From the NCBI RefSeq assembly GCF_965228385.1, contig NZ_OZ245810.1:1075565-1139564 (forward strand): a DNA stretch of 64,000 bases, given 5' to 3'. A model generated the notes under the pieces. That model was not told where the DNA came from and did not search any database. It saw only the letters and a program-made list of their open reading frames with translations. This stretch comes from Hyphococcus sp. GTDB taxonomy: Bacteria; Pseudomonadota; Alphaproteobacteria; Caulobacterales; Parvularculaceae. Every line of letters begins with the position of its first letter. Positions within the stretch are counted from its first letter, which is position 1. Below, one piece after another: positions 7,297-18,327 of the stretch. Position numbers and translations under genes: made by a program.

Positions 7297-10200
7297 GTGA
7301 CGGCGCAGTTTGTACATCTTCATCTTCACTCAGCCTATTCCCTGGCGGAAGGCGCTATCCCGATCACGCGGCTCAAGGACCTTTGTCTGAGCGACGGAAT
7401 GCCGGCCGTCGCCGTTACGGACACGAATAATTTTTTCGGCGCGCTTGAGGCGTCTACGGTACTGGCCGGAGCCGGTATTCAGCCGATTACAGGATTGCAG
7501 CAAGCCTTTAACGCGGCGGATTTTAGTCTTCCCTTGTCGCGGGGCGGCCGCCAACCGTCACTTGTGCTGCTGGCGCAATCAGAACTGGGCTATCGAAACC
7601 TGTTGAAGATTTCGAGCCGCGCTTTTCTGGATTCCCAATCGGATGACGGTGCGTGTGCGTCGCTGGGTTGGCTGGAGGGGGCTGGCGACGGCGTGATCTG
7701 TCTGACCGGCGGTTTCGACGGCCCGGTTGACCGGCTGCTGCGCGAGAACCGTGAGGCTGAGGCCCGCGCGGCGCTGGAACGATTGAAGGCGATTTTTCCG
7801 GATCGGCTTTATGTGGAAATTCAGCGTCACGACAAGCGGGAGGAAGAAAACATAGAGGCGGGACTTCTAGATCTGGCGTATGATTTGGACCTGCCGCTTG
7901 TCGCCGCAAACGAGCCGTTTTTTCCGCGTCCGGATGACTATGAAGCGCACGACGCCCTGCTTTGTATCGCGCAGGGCGCCTATGTGCATCAGGATGACCG
8001 GCGAAAGGTGACGCCTGACCATTACTTTAAAACGGCCGATGAAATGACGGCGTTGTTTGCAGATCTTCCCGAGGCAATCGAAAATACAATCGAAATTGCA
8101 CAACGATGTGCGTACCGGCCGCGCTTTCACGATCCCATCCTGCCGCGTTTCGCCGCGCAATCGAGCGATGATCTCGAGGCTGAGGCAATGGAGCTCGAGC
8201 GTCAGGTTCGCGAAGGGTTGAAACAGCGTTTGCGCTCTGTCGAACTTGCAGAACCTGAAGACGCATATTGGGACCGGTTGAAAACAGAGCTTGAGATTAT
8301 CAACCGGATGGGATTCCCGGGCTACTTTCTCATTGTCGCCGATTTTATCAAATGGGCGAAGAAGAACGGCGTACCTGTCGGGCCGGGCCGTGGATCGGGC
8401 GCCGGCTCGCTGGTCGCCTGGTCATTGACGATCACCGATCTGGATCCCTTGCGTTTTGGCCTCCTGTTTGAGCGTTTCTTGAATCCGGAACGGATCTCCA
8501 TGCCGGACTTTGACGTCGACTTTTGTCAGTACCGGCGGGATGAAGTTATCCGTTATGTGCAGGAGAAATACGGCCGCGACCGCGTGGCGCAAATTATCAC
8601 CTTCGGAAAACTGCAGGCGCGCGCAGTCCTGCGAGATGTAGGACGCGTTTTAAACATGCCGTTCGGGCAGGTGGACCGGATATGCAAACTGGTTCCGAAT
8701 AATCCGGCTAATCCCGTCACGCTCGCCGAAGCGCTTGAGACAGAGCCGCGTCTTAAAGAACAAAGAGATGATGACGAATCAGTAGCGGCTCTCATTGAGA
8801 AAGCGCTGAAGCTTGAAGGTCTTTATCGTCATGCCTCTACCCATGCCGCCGGCGTGGTGATCGGTGACCGTCCGCTCGATGAGTTGGTGCCGCTCTATCG
8901 CGATCCCCGTTCGGACATGCCCGCGACGCAATTCAACATGAAATGGGTTGAACCCGCGGGTCTCGTAAAGTTCGATTTTCTGGGTTTGAAAACCCTTACC
9001 GTGATTGATCGCGCAGTTTCCCTCGCTGCGCAGCGAGGCGTAACGCTCGACATAAGCAAAATTCCGTTTGACGACGAAGCAACATTTAAAATGCTGGGCG
9101 AGGGCGCAGCTACAGGCGTGTTTCAGCTTGAAAGCACGGGCATGCGTTCGACTTTGCGCTCCATGAAGCCGGATACGCTCGAGGACATCATCGCGCTGGT
9201 CTCGCTTTATCGTCCCGGTCCCATGGAAAATATTCCAACCTATATCGAGCGTAAACAGGGCAAACAGGAGCCTGATTATCTCCACCCCATGCTGGAAGAG
9301 GTTTTGAAAGAAACCTACGGGGTAATCATTTATCAGGAGCAGGTGATGCAGATCGCGCAGATCCTGTCTGGTTATTCTCTTGGCGAAGCGGATTTGTTGC
9401 GCCGCGCCATGGGCAAGAAAAAGAAAGAGGAGATGGACCGGCAGCGTATCCGGTTTGTCGACGGCGCCAAGGAAAAAGGCGTAAATGCAGCAAAAGCGTC
9501 TTCAATTTTTGATCTTGTTCAGAAATTCGCCGGTTACGGGTTTAACAAGTCACACGCTGCGGCTTACGCCTACATCGCGTATCAGACCGCCTGGCTGAAA
9601 GCCAATTATCCGGCGGAGTTTCTCGCCGCTTCGATGTCGCTTGACCGGGCCAATACTGACAAGCTTGCGATCTTTTTGAAAGAGGCGCGCCGAACAGAAG
9701 TTGCAGTGTTGCCGCCGCATATTAACCATTCGCAACCTGACTTCTCGGTAAAGGACGGCGCTATTGTTTATGCGCTTTCCGCGGTGAAAAATGTCGGGGA
9801 AGGCGCTATGGCGCTCATCGCGCAGGAGCGTGAAACAAACGGGCCCTATCGCGATTTAATGGATTTCGCCGAGCGCCTTGACTTAAAACAGGTCGGCAAG
9901 AGATCGCTGGAAAATCTCGCGCGCGCGGGCGCCTTTGACGGGCTTTGCGCCTCGCGCGCCCAAAGCTTCGCCGCCGCGGATTTGTTGATCCGCACCTCCG
10001 CCGCCATGGCTGAAGAACGTAACAGCGACCAGGCGGGTCTTTTTGCGCTCGATACTGCGCCAGCCCTCGCCAAACCGAAGCTGCCAATTGTTGAACCATG
10101 GACGCCGCAAGTGCAACTCGATGAAGAACGTGCGGCGGTCGGCTTTTACTTCAGCGGCCATCCCCTTGACGATTACGAAACAGAATTGAAACGGTTAAAT

Positions 10201-10743
10201 GTCGTTGCGTATACGGAGGCGGTGCAGCGCGCGAAATCAGGCAGATCCGCCATGCAGATGGCTGGCGTTATCCGCACGGTGCGCATGCGCCGTTCGAAAA
10301 CGGGCAAGCCGTTCGCCTGGGTGGAACTCTCCGATCCAAGCGGCGAGTATGAAGTGACAATGTTCTCAGAAAGCTTGAACGCGTCACGTGAGTTGCTCGA
10401 GGCAGGCGCTACTGTGCTTGCAGTCGTTACAGTTGAGCACAGGGACGGCGATGCACGCTTTACCTGCGAATCCATGCGCAGTCTGGACGCCGCCGCCGCC
10501 GCGTCGGTTTCTCAGTTGCGCGTTTCGGTTTCGTCGTCTTCTGCGCTCGCAGGTCTGAAACGGCGTCTAGCTTCTGTAAAACCCGCCACCTCCCGGGAAA
10601 CCGGTTCTGTCGTCGTTGTCATGCGTCTGCCGGATACGGGTCGTGAAGTGGATATTGCCCTGCCGGAAGAAGCCGCGTGCACGCCGGCGATGCGCGGCGC
10701 TTTGAAAAGCCTTGAAGGCGTAACCGACGTTGAACTGATTTGA
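7297..10743 (+). CDS. dnaE: DNA polymerase III alpha subunit (replicative DnaE)
   Basis: PHP domain HLHLHSAYS, GRGSGAGS, RISMPDFDVDF, KFDFLGL, GYGFNKSHAAAY and a C-terminal OB fold; 1148 aa. Confidence 0.97.
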   Translation: MTAQFVHLHLHSAYSLAEGAIPITRLKDLCLSDGMPAVAVTDTNNFFGALEASTVLAGAGIQPITGLQQAFNAADFSLPLSRGGRQPSLVLLAQSELGYRNLLKISSRAFLDSQSDDGACASLGWLEGAGDGVICLTGGFDGPVDRLLRENREAEARAALERLKAIFPDRLYVEIQRHDKREEENIEAGLLDLAYDLDLPLVAANEPFFPRPDDYEAHDALLCIAQGAYVHQDDRRKVTPDHYFKTADEMTALFADLPEAIENTIEIAQRCAYRPRFHDPILPRFAAQSSDDLEAEAMELERQVREGLKQRLRSVELAEPEDAYWDRLKTELEIINRMGFPGYFLIVADFIKWAKKNGVPVGPGRGSGAGSLVAWSLTITDLDPLRFGLLFERFLNPERISMPDFDVDFCQYRRDEVIRYVQEKYGRDRVAQIITFGKLQARAVLRDVGRVLNMPFGQVDRICKLVPNNPANPVTLAEALETEPRLKEQRDDDESVAALIEKALKLEGLYRHASTHAAGVVIGDRPLDELVPLYRDPRSDMPATQFNMKWVEPAGLVKFDFLGLKTLTVIDRAVSLAAQRGVTLDISKIPFDDEATFKMLGEGAATGVFQLESTGMRSTLRSMKPDTLEDIIALVSLYRPGPMENIPTYIERKQGKQEPDYLHPMLEEVLKETYGVIIYQEQVMQIAQILSGYSLGEADLLRRAMGKKKKEEMDRQRIRFVDGAKEKGVNAAKASSIFDLVQKFAGYGFNKSHAAAYAYIAYQTAWLKANYPAEFLAASMSLDRANTDKLAIFLKEARRTEVAVLPPHINHSQPDFSVKDGAIVYALSAVKNVGEGAMALIAQERETNGPYRDLMDFAERLDLKQVGKRSLENLARAGAFDGLCASRAQSFAAADLLIRTSAAMAEERNSDQAGLFALDTAPALAKPKLPIVEPWTPQVQLDEERAAVGFYFSGHPLDDYETELKRLNVVAYTEAVQRAKSGRSAMQMAGVIRTVRMRRSKTGKPFAWVELSDPSGEYEVTMFSESLNASRELLEAGATVLAVVTVEHRDGDARFTCESMRSLDAAAAASVSQLRVSVSSSSALAGLKRRLASVKPATSRETGSVVVVMRLPDTGREVDIALPEEAACTPAMRGALKSLEGVTDVELI

Positions 10744-10784
10744 GCCTTCGCGTACGCTGAAGACTCGCATTGCATAAGCTGCAT

Positions 10785-11654
10785 TCAGCTTATGTCGTCC
10801 AGAAAATCTTTCAATTTTGAAGCGAACTCGGGCCTTTTCAGACCCAGTGCGATATTCGCTTTGAGCCATCCAAGTTTGTCTCCGCAATCATGGCTGACGC
10901 CTTCATATATAAACGCATAAAATGACTGTTCTTTCATCAGCGCGTCCATGGCGTCGGTCAATTGAATTTCGCCGCCCGCGCCGCGGGGTGTTTTTTCAAG
11001 CAAATCAAAAATTTCGGGCTGCAGTATATAGCGCCCTGTGATCGCCAGGTTTGACGGCGCCTGTCCCGGCGCCGGTTTTTCGATCATACCGGACATCTCA
11101 AACAATGCGCCGACAGCTTCGCCCTTCGGCGCGACGATGCCGTATTTATTTGTCTCTTCAGGCGCAACTCTTTCAACGGCGATAATGTTGCCGCCCGTTT
11201 TTTTATAATGCTCGACCATCTGCGCCAGGCAGCCAGTGTTTCCGTCCATGACAACATCCGGGAGCGACACTGCAAATGGTTCCGCGCCGACAATCTGGCG
11301 TGCGCACCAGATCGCATGGCCAAGCCCCAGCGGCGCCTGCTGGCGCGTATAGGAGAGTGCGCCGGCTTTCGGTATAGTGTTTCTCACATCATTAAGGATG
11401 TCGGTTTTCTTTTTTCCCTCCAGACCGGCTTCCAGTTCAAAAGCGTGGTCAAAATAGTCTTCAATCGCCCCCTTGTTGCGGCCTGTTACCAGCACGGCAT
11501 GATCGATACCGGCGTCAAAAGCCTCATTCACGACGTAATCGATCAGGGGACGATCGACGAGCGGAAGAAGCTCCTTCGGAATTGATTTTGTTGCCGGTAA
11601 TACGCGGGTGCCGTGGCCGGCGACAGGAATAACGACTTTGCGTACTGATTTCAT
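10785..11654 (-). CDS. galU: UTP-glucose-1-phosphate uridylyltransferase
   Basis: VIPVAGHGTRVLPATKSIPKELLP, LGLGHA and GEIQLTDA motifs. Confidence 0.95.
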   Translation of the reverse strand: MKSVRKVVIPVAGHGTRVLPATKSIPKELLPLVDRPLIDYVVNEAFDAGIDHAVLVTGRNKGAIEDYFDHAFELEAGLEGKKKTDILNDVRNTIPKAGALSYTRQQAPLGLGHAIWCARQIVGAEPFAVSLPDVVMDGNTGCLAQMVEHYKKTGGNIIAVERVAPEETNKYGIVAPKGEAVGALFEMSGMIEKPAPGQAPSNLAITGRYILQPEIFDLLEKTPRGAGGEIQLTDAMDALMKEQSFYAFIYEGVSHDCGDKLGWLKANIALGLKRPEFASKLKDFLDDIS

Positions 11655-11937
11655 GGGGCGTCCGTTTAATTTCTGCTGTAGATGAATGAGTGTTTACGAA
11701 TTGGCGCGAGCGGAAACGATTTGGATACGTTTGGCCCCTTATCCTTAGTCTGGCAGGCAAGATCAACCGGTTGCAAGGTCTGCCTTCATTTTCCCGGCGG
11801 CGCCGCCATAAATTAACCGGACCCGCGCCGCGCGAGGGCCGTAACTGTGATATAACTTGCGCTTGTAGGCGGAGGTCGTACATAAAATCTGCTGCCGGCG
11901 GCAACAATCGCCCGGAAAAAATGTTTATGAGCTATCG

Positions 11938-12762
11938 ATGAGCAAAAACGGCGAAAACAAAGATCAAGATTCCGGCGAACGTCGTTCCGGCCTTGGCGGC
12001 GACGGCCCGTTGATTCAACCTAAAAAGCAGGGCGTTTTTTCCGGCCTGTGGTCAAATTTTCTTGCCGGCGTGGTGGTTGTCGCGCCGATCGGCATCACGA
12101 TCTGGCTATTTTATCTGCTGATAACGGGCCCCATGGCGCGGCTGGACTCGTTTGTAAAGCGAACATTGCCTGTCAGCGAGAGTATGCGCGAGCAAGTCTT
12201 GCAGGTTCTGCCGGGAGTCGGGGTGCTGGTCGCGATTATTATTCTCGTGTTGCTCGGCGCGCTGGCGAAAAACATTGTGGGCCGGTCCTTTATTCGCGTC
12301 GGCGAACGGCTTTTTGAGTCTATTCCGATTATTCGCAACGTATTCGGCTTTTTTAAAAATGTTTTTGAAACAGCGCTGCAGCAGTCCGACCGGTCATTCA
12401 AGGAGGTCGCACTCGTAGAGTATCCGCGTAAAGACGCCTGGGTCATGGCGTTTGTGGTCGGATACACTAAAGGTGAAGTCTTATCGAGACTGGATGATAT
12501 GGGCGATGAGTTGACGTCTATTTTTATTCCAACGGTGCCAAACCCGACTTCCGGTTTTCTGCTTTTCGTACCGCGCAGCGATCTGCGAGTTCTGAAAATG
12601 AGCGTAGAGGAAGCAGCGAAAGTCGTATTTTCGCTGGGACTGGTTGTTCCCGAACACGCCGACGGGGCGGAAGCAGTCAGAAAGCTCGAATCCTTAGCCG
12701 ATGAGGCGGCGTCAAAACGTCCGCCCTTGAAAGAACGCATATTCAAATCCTGGAAAAATTAG
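11938..12762 (+). CDS. DUF502-family membrane protein
   Basis: FLAGVVVVAPIGIT, VALVEYPR and IFIPTVPNPTSGF motifs. Confidence 0.85.
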   Translation: MSKNGENKDQDSGERRSGLGGDGPLIQPKKQGVFSGLWSNFLAGVVVVAPIGITIWLFYLLITGPMARLDSFVKRTLPVSESMREQVLQVLPGVGVLVAIIILVLLGALAKNIVGRSFIRVGERLFESIPIIRNVFGFFKNVFETALQQSDRSFKEVALVEYPRKDAWVMAFVVGYTKGEVLSRLDDMGDELTSIFIPTVPNPTSGFLLFVPRSDLRVLKMSVEEAAKVVFSLGLVVPEHADGAEAVRKLESLADEAASKRPPLKERIFKSWKN

Positions 12763-14846
12763 CCGGCGCTTAAAAGCTTCACGGCGTCGTCACGGCTGAA
12801 CAGGTAAAGCAGACAACGCAGCGCTGCGCCGCGTTCGGTTTCAAGTCCTGCATCGCGCTCCAGTATCAGTTTGGCGTCATCGCGCGCTGTAGCAAGTAAT
12901 TCTGCGTGCACGCTGATATCAGCCAGGCGGAATTGCGGAAAACCGGATTGGGCGGCGCCCAAGACATCGCCTGCGCCGCGCAGGCGCAAATCTTCTTCTG
13001 CGATGACAAAGCCGTCTTCTGTATCGCGCAGGACTTTCAGTCGCGCTTTCGCGGTTTCACCAAGCGGGGGCTTGTATAAAAGAATACAACTCGATGACTT
13101 GTCGCCCCTGCCAACGCGGCCGCGCAACTGATGTAGTTGCGCAAGGCCAAATCTTTCGGCGTGTTCGATAATCATAATGGTTGCATTCGGGGCGTTTACG
13201 CCGACTTCAATAACCGTCGTTGCGATCAATACAGCCAGATCCCCGCGGTAAAACCGTTCCATGACGCTGTCTTTTTCAGGACCGGACATGCGCCCATGTA
13301 CAAGTCCCACCTTTTCAGCGCCTATCGCGGTTTTAAGGGTTTCAAAACGTTCCTCCGCGGCCGTCAGGTCCAGCAGCGAGGATTCTTCAACGAGCGGACA
13401 CACCCAATAAGCTTGCTCTCCCTTGTCAGCTGCACGGCGCAAACCCTCGATAACGTCGTTCAAACGGGTTATGGGCAAAGTGCGCGTATCCACCGGTTTG
13501 CGTCCGGGAGGTTTCTCCATGATCCGGCTGTGATCCATATCCCCGTAGGCTGTGAGGGAGAGGGTCCGGGGGATTGGCGTCGCGGTCATTACGAGAAGGT
13601 CGGGCTTCGGGCCTTTCTGCGTGAGGGCGATGCGTTGGCGGACGCCAAACCGATGTTGCTCATCAATGACAACCAGCGCCAGATCCTGAAACAGGACATC
13701 GTCCTGGAACAACGCATGGGTGCCGATCAGAATTTTTATTTGCCCTGAACGAAGCTGTTCCAGTTTTTTTGCGCGCACGCCTGATTTATCCCGGCCCGTT
13801 AGAATCTCCAGTTGCACGCCAAGCGCTTGTGCAAACGGTCCCAGTGTTTCCATGTGCTGGCGCGCCAAAATTTCCGTGGGCGCCATGAGCGCCGCTTGTG
13901 CGCCGCTCTGTACTGCGCTCAGCATGGCGAAGAAAGCAACGATGGTTTTGCCGGAACCAACGTCGCCTTGCAGCAGGCGGACCATGCGTTCATTGGAGCG
14001 CAGATCGGCAAAAATATCATTTAACGCCTGTTTTTGCGCATGCGTCAGGGCGAATGGCAGGGCCTTTTTCATGCGCGCCAGCAACTCTCCGTCGCCCTTT
14101 ATGGCGCGCCCCCGGGACTTTTTTCTCGCCTTGCGGATCAGCAACAGGGCCAATTGATTGGCGAGCAACTCATCATACGCCAGTCGCTGACGCGCCGGCG
14201 CCAAAGGGGATAAGTCTTCCTGTTGTCCCGGCGCGTGCAAGAGTTCGACGGATGTCTTCCAGCCGCGCCACTTACGCGCACTTAGCCAACTTTCATCCTG
14301 CCACTCCGCGAGCACCGGCGCACGGTCTAAGGACTGTGCAACGGCTTTTCGTAACACGTTGGAAGACAATCCGGCCGTTAGCGGGTAAACAGGCTCAAAA
14401 ACAGGCATATCGCCCGGGTTTTCCGGATCAGCTATATAATCCGGGTGCGCCATTTGTCTTTGCCCGTTGAAATCCTCGATCTTGCCGGAGACTAGCCTTT
14501 GCGATCCTTCCGGCGCCTGCTTTTTCAGGTAATCAGCGCGAGCGTGAAAAAACACGAGCGTGACAAACCCGGTTTCGTCGGAGCAAATTATCTTATAGGG
14601 AAGTCGGCGCCCCTTCGGCGCAGGGTCGTGCTTGTCGATCTGAACCTTTAAAGTGACAATGCGGCCGCTTGGCGCTTCTGCGATCGCAGGCCTGAAAGAG
14701 CGGTCTATCAGTCCGGCGGGAGGCGTCAGTACAAGATCGACGATGCGCGGCCCCGCCGCCCTGGAGATTAGCGCAGCTATCTTTGGGCCAACGCCGTTGA
14801 GCGTGGTAATGTCGGCGAACATTGAATTCAGAATTTCAGGACGCAT
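12759..14846 (-). CDS. recG: ATP-dependent DNA helicase RecG
   Basis: LLQGDVGSGKT, DEQHRFGVRQR, MTATPIPRTL and LHQLRGRVGRG motifs. Confidence 0.97.
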   Translation of the reverse strand: MRPEILNSMFADITTLNGVGPKIAALISRAAGPRIVDLVLTPPAGLIDRSFRPAIAEAPSGRIVTLKVQIDKHDPAPKGRRLPYKIICSDETGFVTLVFFHARADYLKKQAPEGSQRLVSGKIEDFNGQRQMAHPDYIADPENPGDMPVFEPVYPLTAGLSSNVLRKAVAQSLDRAPVLAEWQDESWLSARKWRGWKTSVELLHAPGQQEDLSPLAPARQRLAYDELLANQLALLLIRKARKKSRGRAIKGDGELLARMKKALPFALTHAQKQALNDIFADLRSNERMVRLLQGDVGSGKTIVAFFAMLSAVQSGAQAALMAPTEILARQHMETLGPFAQALGVQLEILTGRDKSGVRAKKLEQLRSGQIKILIGTHALFQDDVLFQDLALVVIDEQHRFGVRQRIALTQKGPKPDLLVMTATPIPRTLSLTAYGDMDHSRIMEKPPGRKPVDTRTLPITRLNDVIEGLRRAADKGEQAYWVCPLVEESSLLDLTAAEERFETLKTAIGAEKVGLVHGRMSGPEKDSVMERFYRGDLAVLIATTVIEVGVNAPNATIMIIEHAERFGLAQLHQLRGRVGRGDKSSSCILLYKPPLGETAKARLKVLRDTEDGFVIAEEDLRLRGAGDVLGAAQSGFPQFRLADISVHAELLATARDDAKLILERDAGLETERGAALRCLLYLFSRDDAVKLLSAG

Positions 14847-14921
14847 AAAAATCTATTAGCCGGGTTTTCAGAAGTTTTCCATTTCTGCAATAACCGCCAT
14901 AAACTGTGTAGAGGGATTTGG

Positions 14922-15311
14922 ATGTTGAGATCGTTTATTGCGGTGATCGTCGCGGTCGTTGCAGGGCTGACAACGGCGAAATTCGCCGAAGGCGCGGGCG
15001 CTGGATTATTGAATTCGGCTCCTCCATCGGGCGCATATCAAATCATTCTATTGATAAGCTGGTTTGCCGGCGCCTTTATCGCAGGGTGCGTGGCCCTGAT
15101 CATCGCCCGGCGATGGGCGCCTGTGGGTATAATCGCGTCAGCATCCATTTTTATATCGGCGGTTGCAGCCATGCTTGCATCGCCAATGAACTGGTTAGTG
15201 TGGTGCGGCGCTGTTGCTGTGACGTTTGCGGGATCGTATATTTCAATATTAATTACGCACGCCAGATTTTCTTTTCCTGATAAGCCTGCGAAAACCGGAT
15301 TGTTCGAATGA
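14922..15311 (+). CDS. Hypothetical membrane protein (about 4 TM)
   Basis: 129-aa hydrophobic ORF; its stop overlaps the NUDIX start. Confidence 0.7.
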   Translation: MLRSFIAVIVAVVAGLTTAKFAEGAGAGLLNSAPPSGAYQIILLISWFAGAFIAGCVALIIARRWAPVGIIASASIFISAVAAMLASPMNWLVWCGAVAVTFAGSYISILITHARFSFPDKPAKTGLFE

Positions 15312-16087
15312 ACAGGACATATATACCAGCGGCTACAATCATCTTTTTGCGGGACAAGCCGGAATTTGAAGTGCTGATGGTAGAGCGCCATGCAGAGATC
15401 GCATTCGCCGGCGGCGCGATGGTGTTTCCCGGTGGAAGGATTGAAGAGTCTGACAGCGCACAGGAATGGCGTGCGCTATGCAATGGCGCAGATGATTGCC
15501 CCGAAGAGCAGTTTGGACCGCGCATTGCGGCCATCCGTGAAGCATACGAAGAAACGGGTCTGTTACTTGCCACGCGAAATGGAGAGCCAATTGGCGCCGA
15601 GGCTGAACAATACAATGAGCAGCGCTTGACGATTGAAAATGATGATGCACAGTTTTTGAAATTGATCGGTGACAATAACCTGAAACTGGAACTTGACGGT
15701 CTGCATCTTTTTGCAAGGTGGCGCCCGCCGGTAGAAGCCAAGCATAAGCGTTTTGACACCTGGTTTTTTGTTGCAAAAGCCCCGGAGCGTCAACATGCGA
15801 CGGCTGACGGCGGCGAGGCAGTGAAACTGATCTGGAGCCCGCCGGCTAAGCTGCTTGCAGACCGTGAAGCGGGGCGGCGGAAAATGATTTTTCCAACAGT
15901 CCGTAATGTAGAACTTCTGAATGTCAGCCATTCGGCGGAGGACGTACTCAGTTTCGCAAAAGAGCGCGATATCCGGCCGGTAACGCCTGCGCGCATGCGC
16001 AGGGACGGGATCGACTATTTAACGATTCCGGCTGATATGGGCTATCCGGTTACGGAAGAGCTGCTTGAAAAGGCGCTTCGCTTCTAG
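15308..16087 (+). CDS. NUDIX hydrolase (Nudt19-like)
   Basis: VFPGGRIE...AAIREAYEETG Nudix box and RFDTWFF. Confidence 0.88.
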   Translation: MNRTYIPAATIIFLRDKPEFEVLMVERHAEIAFAGGAMVFPGGRIEESDSAQEWRALCNGADDCPEEQFGPRIAAIREAYEETGLLLATRNGEPIGAEAEQYNEQRLTIENDDAQFLKLIGDNNLKLELDGLHLFARWRPPVEAKHKRFDTWFFVAKAPERQHATADGGEAVKLIWSPPAKLLADREAGRRKMIFPTVRNVELLNVSHSAEDVLSFAKERDIRPVTPARMRRDGIDYLTIPADMGYPVTEELLEKALRF

Positions 16088-17628
16088 GGCGATGTAGGCT
16101 CAATGACAAAGATCGATCCTGTGATGGTCAAAATATAGAGATTTCCGGCAGTATCTTCTCCAAATCCGACGATATCGGACAATGAACCGGCGTCTGGCGC
16201 GAAAGCGCTATTTTGTATCAGAAATGACTCCGATGAGAGCGTTGCATCCTGCATCACCGCATCGAGAGGAAAAGACCAAATGTTGTCGGATATAAAGTCA
16301 GCGAAAATATAGTGGCCCTGCAATGCGGTAGCGGGCCCGCGATAGACAAACCCACCCGTTATGGAACCGCCCTCCCGCTCGCCTGAACCATGGCTGTACT
16401 CCGCTATCGGGGGCGTAAATGCCGGATCATCGGGTCCGGTGTAATTTTGCGTGCCTTCTCTTACAGGCCAGCCGAAATTAAGCCCGCCATCGCCCGCCTC
16501 AATCCGGTCTATTTCTTCACGCGCGTTCTGACCGACATCGCCGATATAGAGATCGCCGGTATCGCGATCAAAACTGGCGCGAAAGGGATTTCGCAATCCA
16601 TACGCCCATATTTCCGGCGCGCCGCCCCCGCCGGCGAAAGGGTTGTCCGCCGGGATTGAATAGTCGCGTTCGGCATCGCCGGGAAAATCATCTGACGCAG
16701 GATCAATCCGTAAAATTGTCCCGAGCAACGTGTTTTGATCTTGTCCGTTGCCGAACGGGTCGCCAGCGCCGCCGCCGTCGCCCAGTGAAATGTACAATAA
16801 ACCGTCCTGGCCAAAATCAATCCAGCCGCCATTATGATTTGTGTCTGGTTGCGCGACGGTGAGGATCACATCCCCGCTCGCGGCGTCAGCCCTGTCGGGA
16901 TCGCCCGCCGAACGGGTATACCGGCGGATTTCCGTATCGCCGACAGCGTTGGTGAAATGCACATAAAAAATACCGCTAGCGTCATAATCAGGCGCGAGCG
17001 CAAGGCCTAACAATCCGCCTTCGCCCGCGGCGCCGACGCTGGCTGAAATATCGAGAAACGCTGTTGTATTGAACACGCCGGTTGCAGGATCAAGGATGCG
17101 AATGACGCCATTGCGTTCGCCGACAAGCACGTCGCCGCCAGTCCGGCCGACAAGAGAAAGCGGCGCGGAGGCGGCGGCGGTGACCCGGCGTACCGCGAAG
17201 TTTTCTGCAACATCAGTAACAGTCACATTGAGGCCGAGATCCGCCGCTGCGGATCCATCGCTGACCTCAATGGAAATTTCATAAACGTTATCTGTGTTTG
17301 CGTCTGCCGGTATCTCAAAATCCGCAGGGGATATGAACGACAAATCGCCGGTTGACGAAAGTGAAAACAGAGCGGCGTCTGCGCCGCCGCCGATTGAATA
17401 AGTCAACGTATCGCCGTCCGCATCACTTGCGGTTGCGGTGTAGAAAACGCCAATCGTATTTTCCTGAACATTCGCCGATGCGGGGGACGTAAAACTTGGC
17501 GCCGCGTTCGCTGTTCCGCCGCCGCCCCCGCCGGGCATGGGCGGCGGCGTATTATTGTCGCCATCGCCGCCGCAGGCGAGCGTTAAGAGCGAAACCGTAA
17601 TTGCAGACAATTTTAATGAGTTGCGCAC
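16084..17628 (-). CDS. PQQ-dependent sugar dehydrogenase (GSDH) lipoprotein with a cadherin-like domain
   Basis: Lipobox LLTLAC, cadherin-like repeat (DADGDTLTYS, DFEIPADANTDNVYE), and NHNGG, GLRNPFR motifs. GTG start at 17628 follows GGAGG. Confidence 0.85.
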   Translation of the reverse strand: MRNSLKLSAITVSLLTLACGGDGDNNTPPPMPGGGGGGTANAAPSFTSPASANVQENTIGVFYTATASDADGDTLTYSIGGGADAALFSLSSTGDLSFISPADFEIPADANTDNVYEISIEVSDGSAAADLGLNVTVTDVAENFAVRRVTAAASAPLSLVGRTGGDVLVGERNGVIRILDPATGVFNTTAFLDISASVGAAGEGGLLGLALAPDYDASGIFYVHFTNAVGDTEIRRYTRSAGDPDRADAASGDVILTVAQPDTNHNGGWIDFGQDGLLYISLGDGGGAGDPFGNGQDQNTLLGTILRIDPASDDFPGDAERDYSIPADNPFAGGGGAPEIWAYGLRNPFRASFDRDTGDLYIGDVGQNAREEIDRIEAGDGGLNFGWPVREGTQNYTGPDDPAFTPPIAEYSHGSGEREGGSITGGFVYRGPATALQGHYIFADFISDNIWSFPLDAVMQDATLSSESFLIQNSAFAPDAGSLSDIVGFGEDTAGNLYILTITGSIFVIEPTSP

Positions 17629-17709
17629 AGCCGCCTCCAGACATTCATTTCGGCGAAATTCCATGATCATTCTCGCCGCGGTAAATTAACACGAAATGGG
17701 CGGATTGGT

Positions 17710-18318
17710 TCAGATGCGATGCGTTCTCCAGCTTTGCACGGCCCGGCGCGTGTATTCCAGCGCCACGGCGTCGTATAAGGCGTGCGTTACCATGGGTGTT
17801 ATTAAATTCTCGGTGAGTGTGAATATGACGCCAAGATAGACGCCCACCAGGCCGGCGATGAATGCGTAAAGAACTGTCCGCATGTGTAGAACGCCGAATA
17901 GTAAATTCGACGCAATAATCGCGACGGCCACAGGGAAAAATCCTGCGAGCCAGGTTTGCAAAACGCCGCGAAACAAAAGTTCTTCAGCGACGCCTGCGGC
18001 AATTGCCATCAAGGCAATTCGCATAGGCGTAATAGTAAATCCGATTTCAGCGAAAAACTTTATCTGCGAATTTCGAAAGGCCGCAAGATTTTTCAGCGTC
18101 GTATTTGAAAACCACCAGAGAAAAACGGCCAGCGGTAATGTTGCGATCACGCCGATAAAAAAGTCATTGAAGGACAATGCGAATTGCGCGTGCAACGGCG
18201 TTTTTAAGATAAAGCTCAACGCGACAGCGATGACGGCCAGCAGCATCGTGCCCGCCAGTACGGCGATGAAGGTGCGCGATTCCGAAGGCGATTGATCGGG
18301 CTGGGGGGCGTCCGCCAT
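17710..18318 (-). CDS. CPBP/CAAX-family intramembrane metalloprotease
   Basis: EELLFRG, FGVLH and HALYD motifs. Confidence 0.88.
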   Translation of the reverse strand: MADAPQPDQSPSESRTFIAVLAGTMLLAVIAVALSFILKTPLHAQFALSFNDFFIGVIATLPLAVFLWWFSNTTLKNLAAFRNSQIKFFAEIGFTITPMRIALMAIAAGVAEELLFRGVLQTWLAGFFPVAVAIIASNLLFGVLHMRTVLYAFIAGLVGVYLGVIFTLTENLITPMVTHALYDAVALEYTRRAVQSWRTHRI

Positions 18319-18327
18319 AGGTTTTGT